Counted from the first letter of the stretch, positions 41,653 to 51,622 are shown. The stretch is DNA of 64,000 nt from an uncultured archaeon (GCA_964458565.1 CAYWJO010000001.1:191160-255159), one strand, 5' to 3'. Numbers and translations are program-made. Notes: generated from the letters alone by a model not told the origin.

Positions 41653-41686
41653 AGAGATGTTAAGGAATCATGAGCGGGATAAATTG

Positions 41687-42043
41687 TCAACAGGTGTCAT
41701 CGCAGAATCCGGTTTCTCTGCATTCTACTACTATATAGCCAAAGGCTTGACTGAAATATCTTGCTGCATCCTTAAGGCCATCCTGTCCGGCCGCTGTTAA
41801 AGTATAGACAATTTCTCGACCTTCTTTCTTTCCTTCAATCAGTCCACGCTCTTTTAATTCCTTCAAAGCAGGATAGATAGTACCTGCAGTTGGAACAAAT
41901 CCTCGTCGCTTTCCTAGCCGGTCAGCTATTTGTTGCCCATATAATGCCTCATCCTTCAATTCCCAAAGAATCTGAAATGTAAGAAATCCTCTCATATCGC
42001 AACAATCAGGGGGACAACATGTGCTCGACTTTTCTTTTTCCAT
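41687..42043 (-). CDS. PadR-family regulator with Cys clusters at both ends
   Basis: GTIYPALKEL..RGLI, YTLTAAG; start moved to MEKEKSSTCCPPDCC because the ORF-track extension runs over the operator/TATA region. Confidence 0.85.
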   Translation of the reverse strand: MEKEKSSTCCPPDCCDMRGFLTFQILWELKDEALYGQQIADRLGKRRGFVPTAGTIYPALKELKERGLIEGKKEGREIVYTLTAAGQDGLKDAARYFSQAFGYIVVECRETGFCDDTC

Positions 42044-42049
42044 AGAAAA

Positions 42050-42117
42050 TATAGGGCATCCGATATATTTAAATACATATATAGGACATCCTATAGATAT
42101 GTATAGGGTGTCCAATA
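42050..42117. promoter_or_regulatory. divergent promoter: three TATAGGR-NN-TCCNATA palindromes around a palindromic TATA box
   Basis: tatagggcatccgata 42050-42065, tatttaaata 42066-42075, tataggacatcctata 42080-42095, tatagggtgtccaata 42102-42117. Confidence 0.75.
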
Positions 42118-42244
42118 TGAATTCGAAAGGTGTTGGAAAAGTTCATTCTTCCAAAAAAGAAGAAAAACGAAAAGATGAGATGACCTCTTGTGATAAGTTA
42201 CCACCATCACCGATCGCATGTTCGGAGTATGGGAATCCTGAAAA

Positions 42245-43012
42245 ATGGATAATATAGTTGATGAAACAATGACTGAACAGAAACATGTGAGTCATCTTAC
42301 AGATGATGAAATAAAAGAAGAAGTCAAGAAGACGTACAGTAAGATTGCCAAGGTATCAAGTTGTTGTGGACCAAGCTCTAGAAAAGATCTTGCCCTAACA
42401 TTTGGATATGAGATAGAAGGAATTCCAGATTCTGCAACTGAGTCATTCGCTGGTTGTGGAAATCCTGTTGCACTTGCGTCCCTCAAAGAGAGCGAAATTG
42501 TAGTTGATCTTGGCAGTGGAGCTGGATTGGATGCATTTATCGCCGCTCGAAAGGTTGGCGAAACCGGTCGAGTAATTGGCATCGACATGACTCCTGATAT
42601 GCTGGCAAAGTCAAGAGCTGCAGCTGAACGAGCTGGTATAACGAATATAGAATTTAGAGAAGGTGACATCGAGCAACTACCTGTTGAAGATAATTCAGTT
42701 GATGTTATTATCAGTAACTGTGTAATTAACCTTGCACCAAACAAATCTAAAGTATTCGAAGAAGCGTTCAGAGTCCTACGACCAGGAGGCCGTTTGGCAG
42801 TATCAGATATTGTACTGGATAAGGAATTACCAGGGCATATTCGTGAAAGTATTGGCAACTACACTGGTTGCCTTGGTGGTGCAATCCTCGAGGAGGATTA
42901 TCTGCATCTGATTGAGGAAGCTGGATTTGAAAGGATAGAAGTTGTCGATAGAGCTGTGTTCAACTTAGGTGTTAGTGCGAAGATTTCTGCATATAAACCA
43001 GAGGCGAACTGA
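42245..43012 (+). CDS. arsM: arsenite S-adenosylmethionine methyltransferase
   Basis: SCCG, SFAGCGNP, DLGSGAG.D, IGIDMT..ML, ISNCVINL, GCLGGA. Confidence 0.9.
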   Translation: MDNIVDETMTEQKHVSHLTDDEIKEEVKKTYSKIAKVSSCCGPSSRKDLALTFGYEIEGIPDSATESFAGCGNPVALASLKESEIVVDLGSGAGLDAFIAARKVGETGRVIGIDMTPDMLAKSRAAAERAGITNIEFREGDIEQLPVEDNSVDVIISNCVINLAPNKSKVFEEAFRVLRPGGRLAVSDIVLDKELPGHIRESIGNYTGCLGGAILEEDYLHLIEEAGFERIEVVDRAVFNLGVSAKISAYKPEAN

Positions 43013-43016
43013 ATAA

Positions 43017-43475
43017 ATGAAAGAGAGATCTATAATTGAGAGCGCATCAATAGGAGATCTTCAACAGATTCAATCATTATTGGAACTTGTTGAACTTCCA
43101 GTTCAAGGAGTAGATGTTCATATAGAGCACTTCTTTGTAGTAAGAACCAATACTGAGAGATCTCCAGTGCACTCAATTATAGGCTCTATTGGTTTAGAAG
43201 TCTATGGCGTAAATGCAGTTCTTCGATCTCTAGCAGTTCATCCAATACACCAGGGAAGGGGTATTGGAAATGAACTCCTGTCTAAGATAACAAGATACGC
43301 TAGAGAGAAAGGAGTAGAAAAACTGTATCTCCTGACCACAACAGCAGACCATTATTTTGAGTCCCATGGTTTTGAGGTCACAAGTAGAAACTTAGTCCCA
43401 CAAAGCATTCTTGATTCACTTGAATTCAAATCCATATGTCCCTCAACTGCAACTTGTCTATCGAAATCGATTTAG
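43017..43475 (+). CDS. arsN2: arsenic-resistance GNAT acetyltransferase
   Basis: LRSLAV, GRGIG, LYLLTTTA..YF..HGF, EF..ICPSTA; follows arsM. Confidence 0.85.
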   Translation: MKERSIIESASIGDLQQIQSLLELVELPVQGVDVHIEHFFVVRTNTERSPVHSIIGSIGLEVYGVNAVLRSLAVHPIHQGRGIGNELLSKITRYAREKGVEKLYLLTTTADHYFESHGFEVTSRNLVPQSILDSLEFKSICPSTATCLSKSI

Positions 43476-43492
43476 TGAAGTTTTACTAGATT

Positions 43493-44188
43493 GTGTTAGA
43501 CATCTGGGTGAAAAGTATGGGACAATATTACAGAAAGACTCTCTCTGCAGACCGATTAAAAATGTGTTATGATATTGCTCCAAGTAGAACTGTACAGTAT
43601 TTAGAAGCAGAAATTAATCATGTTCTCCAACATATGGACACAAATTATACGGTTCTTGAACTTGGTTGTGGTTATGGCCGGGTCTTGAATAGGTTAGCGG
43701 ATAAATGCGGTCCGCTTGTTGGAATAGATATCTCATATGATAATGTGAAGATGGCGCAGGATATACTGAAGGAAAAGACCAATGTCGATGTTATTCTCAT
43801 GGATGCGGAATTCTCAGGATTTCTAAAGAGACAGTTTGATGTTGTCATCTGTATCCAGAATGGGCTATCAGCGTTTAAAATTGAACCATTGACTCTCATT
43901 GAAGAAACGCTTAATGTTACAAAGAAAGGTGGACTCTGTCTATTCTCAAGTTACTCTGGAAAATTCTGGCAAGCTAGACTTGAGTGGTTCGTAAAGCAGT
44001 CTGAGGCGGGTCTTTTAGGAGAGATTGACTATGACGCTACAAAAGAAGGATTGATAGTGTGCAAAGATGGGTTCATATCTTCGACCTTTGATGAAAAGGA
44101 TTTTCAGAAGTTCTCAGACGATCTTTCACTGAATTCTAGAATCATCGAAGTTGATGAATCAAGTATATTTTGGGAAATACGGAGATAG
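43493..44188 (+). CDS. class I SAM-dependent methyltransferase
   Basis: VLELGCGYGR. Confidence 0.85.
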   Translation: MLDIWVKSMGQYYRKTLSADRLKMCYDIAPSRTVQYLEAEINHVLQHMDTNYTVLELGCGYGRVLNRLADKCGPLVGIDISYDNVKMAQDILKEKTNVDVILMDAEFSGFLKRQFDVVICIQNGLSAFKIEPLTLIEETLNVTKKGGLCLFSSYSGKFWQARLEWFVKQSEAGLLGEIDYDATKEGLIVCKDGFISSTFDEKDFQKFSDDLSLNSRIIEVDESSIFWEIRR

Positions 44189-44541
44189 ATGTGTGTTCTG
44201 AATCTATCCATGAACTAAATAAAAATCAGCAATAAGAAAAATAACCAGAGTTCTTTTAGACGTCCGTAACATACCAGCGTGGGGAACTTAGAGTATGATT
44301 CAGTGTGTAATGGGGGTGGTTGATATCAAAAACAACCACCTCCCAGCGTCCTTCTTCTATTTTCTTCAGATCAAAAAGCGCGACACCTTCAAATGTGTTA
44401 TTTAGAGAAGAGGAACTTGATAGTCTATCATCAGAGTGATATAACCTCTTAATTCAACATACTGGCAAATTCACTATTGCTTGGTCTTGGAACGGGGTAT
44501 TATATTGTTTCAGAACCCAATTTAATTCGAGATGATGTAGA

Positions 44542-45057
44542 ATGGTAATTGACAGTTCAGAGAAAATCGATTCAAGTGAAGGTAAGATTGAAGCGGTTCT
44601 CTTTGAAGCGATATCCCATCCGACTAGAATAAAGATCTTGTTTAGTTTGGAGAAAAAGTCTCATGGTTTCGCAGATTTGAAACGGAAGCTTGGAATTACT
44701 AGCAGCGGTAATTTACAACATCATATCAGTAAGCTGGCAACACTTATCCGGCTGGATAATAGCGGCGATTACATTCTTTCAGATCAAGGTCGAGATGCTC
44801 TTGTCACTATTAAATCACTGAGAAATGTACAAAATCATCAAAACAATACGAATCAATATACAACTGACAGGAAAATTACTACTTTTGGAGCCGCCCTAAG
44901 CTTCTACGTTGTTCAGATGAACATGCCTTTCGTTTTTGGAAATGTGGATCAGCTTACGCCAATAACAGCGTTGATTTCATCTCTCGTCTTTGCAGTGGTG
45001 TTCTACCCAATATATGGATTTTTTGAAAGTCGAAGGATGAATAAGAGCAAAGAATAA
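44542..45057 (+). CDS. ArsR-type winged-helix regulator with two C-terminal TM helices
   Basis: FEAISHPTRIKIL, SSGNLQHHISKL; hydrophobic C-terminus. Confidence 0.75.
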   Translation: MVIDSSEKIDSSEGKIEAVLFEAISHPTRIKILFSLEKKSHGFADLKRKLGITSSGNLQHHISKLATLIRLDNSGDYILSDQGRDALVTIKSLRNVQNHQNNTNQYTTDRKITTFGAALSFYVVQMNMPFVFGNVDQLTPITALISSLVFAVVFYPIYGFFESRRMNKSKE

Positions 45058-45108
45058 TAATGGTAGGCATGAATGTTACTAAAATTGAAAGTGGAGGAGA
45101 AATAAAAC

Positions 45109-45879
45109 ATGTCTAATTCAATTGACATCAAAACCGAGAGTCTTACCAAACTGTTTGGTAATATACAAGCACTTCTGGATTTGAATCTTGAAGTTCGGCG
45201 AGGTAGTGTGTTTGGATATCTTGGACCGAATGGTGCGGGTAAAACTACTACAGTCAGAATTCTATCGGGGCTTTTACGTCCGACTAGGGGGAATGCGAGT
45301 GTATGTGGGTATGATATTCACACACAGCGCGATGAGATAAAAGCAATTACTGGCCTTCTCCCAGAAGCTCCTGGATTGTACTCAAAATTATCTGCTGTTG
45401 AGTTTTTGGAGTTCATTGGTGCATTGAATGACCTATCGGGTGAGGTAGTTCATAGGCGTATTGATAATTTGCTAGACCTTCTGGGGCTTGAGGGGCGTCA
45501 AAATGACCTTTTGGAATCATACAGTTCTGGAATGAAACAGAAAGTTCTCATTGCAGCAACTATCATTCATGAACCACGACTCGTTTTTCTTGATGAACCA
45601 ACGTCACGCTTGGACCCAGCAGCTAGCGCTCTTGTAAAAGAGATAATCCTTGCCTTAGCCAGTGAAACTGATACAACGTTTTTCATCTGTACTCACATGA
45701 CGGATTTTGCAGAGGATGTCTGCGAGGTCATAGGAATACTCAATGAGGGCGTTTTGACCACACTTGGCGCTCCAAATGATATTGTGAATAATTTAGGTGC
45801 AAAAGACTTGGAAGATGCATATCTCAAGATTGTTGGCGGGGAAGTAGACCGAGAGAAGCTACTGAGTTGGAGGGAGTGA
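45109..45879 (+). CDS. ABC transporter ATP-binding protein
   Basis: GPNGAGKTT, YSSGMKQK, FLDEPTSRLDP. Confidence 0.92.
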   Translation: MSNSIDIKTESLTKLFGNIQALLDLNLEVRRGSVFGYLGPNGAGKTTTVRILSGLLRPTRGNASVCGYDIHTQRDEIKAITGLLPEAPGLYSKLSAVEFLEFIGALNDLSGEVVHRRIDNLLDLLGLEGRQNDLLESYSSGMKQKVLIAATIIHEPRLVFLDEPTSRLDPAASALVKEIILALASETDTTFFICTHMTDFAEDVCEVIGILNEGVLTTLGAPNDIVNNLGAKDLEDAYLKIVGGEVDREKLLSWRE

Positions 45880-45880
45880 T

Positions 45881-47539
45881 TTGAGAGGGCATTGGTTTGC
45901 CATTGCGAAAGCGGAATATTATGTAGCGACCTCTAGATTCCGAAGATTTCGTTTGCAAGCAACCATTGCACTTGCTGTTTTTGGTATCATCTGGGCGTTG
46001 TATATTGTGCCAGCGATTGTGTCAAGCATATTGCAGGGTATAGGCACAGAAGTTGAAATCCTACTCAGATATTCACTTCCGCAAATGATGCGGACTGCAG
46101 TTTTGTTTGTTTGGATCATGGTACTGATCTATCCTATATCCTATGCATTACAAGAGATCAGGATTGGTCAATGGGAGATTATGCTCTCCAATAATGTTAG
46201 TACAAGAGATATGATGATGGGTACCTTTCTTGGACGCATACCTACCTATGGCCTTTTGATCCTCTTCATGGCACCAATCGCAATATGTCCTTTTGCGTTA
46301 TTCTTTCATGTTTCAATCATTGGTCAGTCGATAATGTATCTGGTCATCGTTTTCGTAGCTCTGAGTACATTACTGCTATCGAATCTCATAACTACAGCAA
46401 TACAAGCCAAGCTTGGTGAATCATCAAGAGGGGATGATATTGCAAAAGCTCTTGGCATGGTTGTAGCAATCGTCGTTCTCCTTCCAATGTATGGCATCAT
46501 GTATTTTGCAGGACCATTGTCTGAAGTGATGGGTATGTCGGTATGGCTCTTATTTCCATTTACATGGGGAGCTGATCTCATCTCATGGTCTGTTATTCTA
46601 TTCAATGGAGTTAATCTGACTCAGAATGATATTAATTTATTCAGTCAGATTATAGGAATCAATGTCAATGTAGAACTACTTCTGCTCCTGGGATTTACAG
46701 TACTGGTAATAGGATTTGCTTTTGTGTCAGCAGACAGACTATTCACATTTGCTGGCGGTGCAAGAACGGAGAAAATAGTCACAGTAGGAAAGGAGAATTT
46801 CATAATACGCACAATTCGAGGGAGCTCTTCAACACCGTCTAGAGTGCTACTAGCAATCACGCTCAAAGATTTTAGTAGAAAGGTGCAAAATATCACACGA
46901 CTAATGTATGGAATTGTTCTAGCAATATTGATGCCAATAATATTCCAATACTCAATGAGCGGAGTGGGAGAGATACCACCTGAGATTCTTAGGTTTGTAA
47001 TGCCCATAATCATCCTGATGTTAGGTATGGTGATGGCTATGATTGGAGGTTTCACCTTTGGAGGGATTGGATTTCTTGAATCTAAGGATCAGCTCTGGAT
47101 TATCAAATCTGCACCAAGGGGTGCTATGAAATATACAAAGGCACGTCTATTGGAATCGTTCATTATGGCGTTTCCAATTTCATTAATTCCCGCCATAGGC
47201 GTATCGATAATATTTGGTTTCAATATTTTGGATGCTCTTTCAATTCTGGGATTCACATATCTGACTGTCTGTGGAGCCACACTCTTCAGCATAGGAATAA
47301 CTGCAAATAATCCAAACTATGAGAATCAAAAAAGCAGTGCTTTCTATGTGAACACATTTGCATCGATATTTGGTGTAATGATAATCTACATGTTTTCGTT
47401 TTTCTCAGGATTTGGATTCATGATCACAACGGGAAGCACACCACTCATAATGCTAATCTCAATTGGACCACTCCTGATAATTGGGATTATTGTTTGCTAT
47501 CTTGGGGTCTATCGGATGTCGAAACCAGACTCCGGGTGA
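45881..47539 (+). CDS. large ABC exporter permease
   Basis: multi-TM, paralogue of 32491-34182. Confidence 0.8.
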   Translation: MRGHWFAIAKAEYYVATSRFRRFRLQATIALAVFGIIWALYIVPAIVSSILQGIGTEVEILLRYSLPQMMRTAVLFVWIMVLIYPISYALQEIRIGQWEIMLSNNVSTRDMMMGTFLGRIPTYGLLILFMAPIAICPFALFFHVSIIGQSIMYLVIVFVALSTLLLSNLITTAIQAKLGESSRGDDIAKALGMVVAIVVLLPMYGIMYFAGPLSEVMGMSVWLLFPFTWGADLISWSVILFNGVNLTQNDINLFSQIIGINVNVELLLLLGFTVLVIGFAFVSADRLFTFAGGARTEKIVTVGKENFIIRTIRGSSSTPSRVLLAITLKDFSRKVQNITRLMYGIVLAILMPIIFQYSMSGVGEIPPEILRFVMPIIILMLGMVMAMIGGFTFGGIGFLESKDQLWIIKSAPRGAMKYTKARLLESFIMAFPISLIPAIGVSIIFGFNILDALSILGFTYLTVCGATLFSIGITANNPNYENQKSSAFYVNTFASIFGVMIIYMFSFFSGFGFMITTGSTPLIMLISIGPLLIIGIIVCYLGVYRMSKPDSG

Positions 47540-47555
47540 ATGCTATCCGACAGAA

Positions 47556-47595
47556 GTAGAAAATGAAAAAGTGTCTTACAAGGGATGATGATTTC
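47556..47595 (-). repeat. possible highly degenerate copy of the 23S trailer end
   Basis: gtagaaaatgaaaaagtgtcttacaagggatgatgatttc resembles gtaggaaaagaaaatagtctgcagggaatgatgatttttc at 54.74 kb. Confidence 0.35.
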
Positions 47596-47681
47596 CGGGG
47601 ATACATTATTTGTAGTGATTCTTATAAAATCCATATTTCTAGTACAACATATATGGAGGGACAGCAAATAGTTAGAGTGGA

Positions 47682-48650
47682 ATGACAAGTATTATTGAAA
47701 CTACAAACTTGACCAAGATCTTTGGTCACAAGCTCATCGCTGTTAACAACCTGAGCTTGGAAGTAGAGGAAGGTTCAGTTTACGGTTTCCTTGGTCCAAA
47801 TGGAGCGGGAAAAACGACCACGATAAGATTAGTGTTAGGTTTGATAAGACCCACTGCAGGGGAGGTTACAGTCTTTGGAGAGAGGATGCTCCCCAGTTCA
47901 TCTGAACTGCGTAGAAGAATTGGATATCTGCCAACAAATCCAAAACTACCACCGAAGATGACTCCTATAATGTATCTTGATTTTGTAGGAAAATTATTTG
48001 CGCAAAATAAGGACCAACGAACATCGAGGCTGTCAAAACTAATACGATCAGTCGATTTGCTACCCAGTGCTTCAAGAGAGATTAAGGGATTCTCAACTGG
48101 AATGGTAACTCGTCTTGGGCTTGCTGCAGCACTAATGAACGACCCTGATCTACTCATTCTCGATGAACCAACATCAGGTTTAGACCCAACAGGAAGAAAA
48201 TCAACATTAGATTTGATTGAAGAGCTTGATAACAAGACGATATTCGTATCATCTCACATTCTTAGCGATATTGAGAGGATATGCACCCATGTTGGAGTAG
48301 TGAATGAAGGCAAGCTGATCTATTCGGGTCCAATAAAAGAAATGAAGAAGCAGATTCAGAGAAACAGAATCAGATTGGAATTGGATGGTAATTTGGACGA
48401 TTTCTGTGAGAAGTTGAAATCTATTAATTATGTTATGGATGTTGAGAGAAGAGGAGACTTCACAATTGACATTACCTTTGATTCCCAAATCTCAACAATA
48501 ATTGGATTAAAGCAGGTAATTGAGTTACTGTCGGAAACTGAAATAGAGTTGATATCAATCAACTCATCAACGTCACGAATTGAAGATGCATTTTTAGCAT
48601 TACTTGAGGAGGAAGAGTCGCGTGGGTTCCTTAGAGCAGTCGAAGATTAG
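47682..48650 (+). CDS. ABC-2 transporter ATP-binding protein
   Basis: GPNGAGKTT, FSTGM, ILDEPT, SSHIL. Confidence 0.92.
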   Translation: MTSIIETTNLTKIFGHKLIAVNNLSLEVEEGSVYGFLGPNGAGKTTTIRLVLGLIRPTAGEVTVFGERMLPSSSELRRRIGYLPTNPKLPPKMTPIMYLDFVGKLFAQNKDQRTSRLSKLIRSVDLLPSASREIKGFSTGMVTRLGLAAALMNDPDLLILDEPTSGLDPTGRKSTLDLIEELDNKTIFVSSHILSDIERICTHVGVVNEGKLIYSGPIKEMKKQIQRNRIRLELDGNLDDFCEKLKSINYVMDVERRGDFTIDITFDSQISTIIGLKQVIELLSETEIELISINSSTSRIEDAFLALLEEEESRGFLRAVED

Positions 48651-49365
48651 AAGAACTATAATGCCATTTCTAGCCATATTTCAGGCTGATTTAGAGGCAT
48701 TACTAAAATCAAGGATAACATATGGCTGGTTGATAGCGGGAGTATTCCTTCAGGTCATTAGAGTTCTGAGTAACTCCCGAATCACTCCCACATCAGTGAT
48801 CATCCCACTTGGTCTCAATGACTTCATAATCATATGGAGTATGTTGATTATTGGTACAACAGCAAGCACAGTTTCATCAGAAACAGGTGAGCTTGCAGAC
48901 TCTATAATGAGTAAATCTGTAAAGAGACAGGATTACATCTTTGCAAAGTTCGCCTCTAGAATTGTGTATGTAGCCATAATGTATCTGGCAATAACATTGG
49001 TCCTGGTAATAGCATCATTGAGATTAGCTGAGAATGATTATGACATCTATGGATTAGTCGCTGCTATTTTATTCGTGCTGATTGCACTCATCATGTTGAC
49101 ATCTCTTGGTGTTTCACTCAGTACTTTTATTTCAAACTCTGTTATTGCCATAGTGACTCTACTCATTCTTTGGTATTCGATGACTGCCTTCTTTCCATTA
49201 TTAGATATGGAGTTATTATCTCCAAGTAATCTAATTGCTAAGATGCCAGATCTCATACAAGGCGATTGGACAGGTGATAGCTGGATCACTGCGGTAATCT
49301 TTGGATACATCTCAGTTGTCTTCACATTTCTCACTGCTTCCTATTTCACAACCAAGGACCTTTAG
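48604..49365 (+). CDS. ABC-2 transporter permease
   Basis: 6 TM; E.GEL..IMSKSVKR...AKF; ATG at 48661 is the likely start. Confidence 0.85.
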   Translation: MRRKSRVGSLEQSKIRRTIMPFLAIFQADLEALLKSRITYGWLIAGVFLQVIRVLSNSRITPTSVIIPLGLNDFIIIWSMLIIGTTASTVSSETGELADSIMSKSVKRQDYIFAKFASRIVYVAIMYLAITLVLVIASLRLAENDYDIYGLVAAILFVLIALIMLTSLGVSLSTFISNSVIAIVTLLILWYSMTAFFPLLDMELLSPSNLIAKMPDLIQGDWTGDSWITAVIFGYISVVFTFLTASYFTTKDL

Positions 49366-49469
49366 GACTGGGAAGTGGCATTTCAGGTCCATTGTGACAA
49401 TATAGTGAAGGGGAGATTGCTAAGTCCCAATCTATCAGAGACATTGCTATTTTTCTGATGATTGCATAA

Positions 49470-49775
49470 TCATAATGGAGAAGACAGAGAATTGTATCTA
49501 TCAAATCGAATGCGTAGGATATTGTATTTTCTGAAAGATAGATACAAAAGTACTGCACCAACCATCCCGATACATATAAGAATTAGGATACCCAATGGAG
49601 AATCGTATAGAGTAAGAAATGTGATGTATGTCATATAACTTGCGAAGATTAAGATGACCAGCGAGATAATTACTTCTAGAGAGGAAATCTGCTCCTCTTC
49701 ATGACCGCTCTCATCACCATTAATTTGAGCACTCACCATAATGTTCCCTATGTTTCTCGTAATGGAAGTTTCCAA
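49470..49775 (-). CDS. small 2-TM protein
   Basis: two hydrophobic helices; starts just past repeat 49817. Confidence 0.5.
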   Translation of the reverse strand: METSITRNIGNIMVSAQINGDESGHEEEQISSLEVIISLVILIFASYMTYITFLTLYDSPLGILILICIGMVGAVLLYLSFRKYNILRIRFDRYNSLSSPL

Positions 49776-49816
49776 ATTAAATTCATCTAAGGTCCATCAA
49801 AAATCAAAAACAAGAA

Positions 49817-49879
49817 ATAGTCCACAGAGGATGATGATTTTCTCAGACACTCGCGTTCTCATGCATACTCTAACAACTC
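49817..49879 (-). repeat. 23S trailer repeat copy 1
   Basis: atagtccacagaggatgatgattttctcagacactcgcgttctcatgcatactctaacaactc aligns with 63797-63863. Confidence 0.9.
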
Positions 49880-49938
49880 CACGAATCTATTTTCTAATCG
49901 AGCGATGTATTTATTCAGACTGGTGTTGAATATCTCAT

Positions 49939-50283
49939 GTGGAAATCAAGACAGTCAGATGCAATTGGTGCGGAAAACCCGAAACAGAATGGAATACCAA
50001 AATTCGCTGGAAAAGCAGAGGATATAGATACTGCTCAGCTAGATGCTTTGCCGCTGCAGAATATCAAGCTCATATTGCTATGGCAATTTGTTCAATTCCA
50101 ATTCTCTCGTTACTTGCAGTTAATCTTGTATTCATCCTACTGTCGGATCAGTCTTTGTTCTATCTTGTAGTAGAAATATGGGTCGTGGGTATTATATTCA
50201 CATATGCAGGAAGTTGTATGTACATGATTTCTCTTGGAAAAAACGAACGACAAGAGAAAGAGAGAGATTCTTCCTTATTGTAG
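49939..50283 (+). CDS. small protein with treble-clef-like Zn motif and two TMs
   Basis: CNWCGK...YRYCSARC; stop codon lies in repeat copy 2. Confidence 0.65.
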   Translation: MEIKTVRCNWCGKPETEWNTKIRWKSRGYRYCSARCFAAAEYQAHIAMAICSIPILSLLAVNLVFILLSDQSLFYLVVEIWVVGIIFTYAGSCMYMISLGKNERQEKERDSSLL

Positions 50284-50330
50284 AAAATTAGTAAAGACAG
50301 TCCTCAGAGGATGAGATGTTTTTCTCGCGT
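50277..50330 (-). repeat. 23S trailer repeat copy 2 (degenerate)
   Basis: attgtagaaaattagtaaagacagtcctcagaggatgagatgtttttctc vs attgtagaaaataaagatagtccacagatgatgatgacttttctc at 63781. Confidence 0.8.
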
Positions 50331-50346
50331 CAAATGAAACGATATT

Positions 50347-50631
50347 TTATGCTAGCCACTCCTCCGGACCTTGTTCACTCTCGATTCGTTTGTGGAACAG
50401 GTATTGATCAACACCTGCAAGCGCGATTAAAATCATGAGTAGAAATGGATATACTTTAACAATTGTTCCAATCAACCCCATTGATAGATATGCGATGTAT
50501 GCATCTACTAATAAGAGCAGTACAACAATTATTATTGAAGCCACGTGGCTTTTCCTTCTAATAACAAGATACAGAATAGCTAAGAGTATAAGTAATGAAT
50601 GAAGTGGTGCAAGTGTCGTTATTATAGTCAT
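50347..50631 (-). CDS. small 3-TM protein downstream of the zinc protease
   Basis: hydrophobic 94-aa ORF with GAGGA upstream. Confidence 0.65.
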   Translation of the reverse strand: MTIITTLAPLHSLLILLAILYLVIRRKSHVASIIIVVLLLLVDAYIAYLSMGLIGTIVKVYPFLLMILIALAGVDQYLFHKRIESEQGPEEWLA

Positions 50632-50670
50632 TTTAATTCCTCAAGTAGAGGGGTATTTCTACCCCTCATA

Positions 50671-51584
50671 TCATCTAGAGTGCTTGAATAAGTTTGGACC
50701 CATCACATCTTGGTTATTTTGGCACAGAGTACTGGAATATGGGAAAGGTGCATTATAAAATAAGGCTTGATAATCCATGATATCAAATGAGTAAAGAGTA
50801 TCGGAAACATCATAGTTGTGACATATCTCGTGAGCAACTGCCGTCCAAGCTCCGAGGTATCCCCAGATAGGATAGAACCCCCAACTCCACCCCGAATCCT
50901 GATGAAGCGTAGAGCCCCACATTGCACAGCTGGTAGTGCGAACGAGGACGATATTTCCCTTAATCCAAGCACATCCTGCATAATCTGTAGGAGTCAAATC
51001 TGTATCACCAGTAAACATCACAAGAATATCATGATATGAGCCATGAGCATCGAAATCCTCTCCTAATTTATTCTCATGACGACCATAATTCGTCCAGTCT
51101 CCTGATACTTGATGAGTCCACCACCATTGATAAGCCCAATATAAACAGTAAGAGGTGAAATCATCACCCTGATACGAATACAACGGGTCATTGTATGGTA
51201 GACCCTGATTATCTCTTGGACCATTTGCATCATAGTTCTTCCAAGTCCAATCCCAACTGAAGATAATATCCTTGTTTGGCCAGTATTGGTCTTCAAAATA
51301 GTTCAAGGCATCAACAATATCCTCACACACTTCATCAAAGTCCATGAAATATAATCGTCCATCTTCAAAGTCATCCTTTGCAGCTTTATCATACATGAAC
51401 CATAAGTCAACATATCGTGTAATGGTTCGTGTTTCATCTTCCTGAAATGACTAATCAATTTCTTCCTCAACCTGTTGAAAGATGCTATTGATAGTATCAA
51501 TATCAACAGAAGGTGATTGAATAGCAGGGGGAGGTAGTCTATGATATATGGAAACTAGTATGAGCTGTTCATAGCTAAAGAAAA
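50671..51584 (-). pseudogene. zincin metalloprotease, 5'-truncated with an in-frame TAG
   Basis: AHEICHNY...DIMDY in 50671-51396; frame stays open upstream except TAG at 51451-51453 and reaches repeat copy 3 without an ATG. Confidence 0.6.
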
Positions 51585-51622
51585 ATAGTCCACAGATGAT
51601 GACAACTCCACTCTGACATGCG
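51585..51622 (-). repeat. 23S trailer repeat copy 3
   Basis: atagtccacagatgatgacaactccactctgacatgcg vs atagtccacagatgatgatgacttttctctgacacgtgcg. Confidence 0.8.

Noticed and set aside
42044-42115. N-terminal extension of PadR given by the ORF track, and ORF 42021-42257 in full
   Set aside because: The repeated IGCPI/IGHPI peptides are just translations of the DNA palindromes in the promoter.
51451-51453. Pyrrolysine read-through of the in-frame TAG
   Set aside because: There are no pyl genes in the window and the upstream frame has no ATG before the repeat; decay is simpler.
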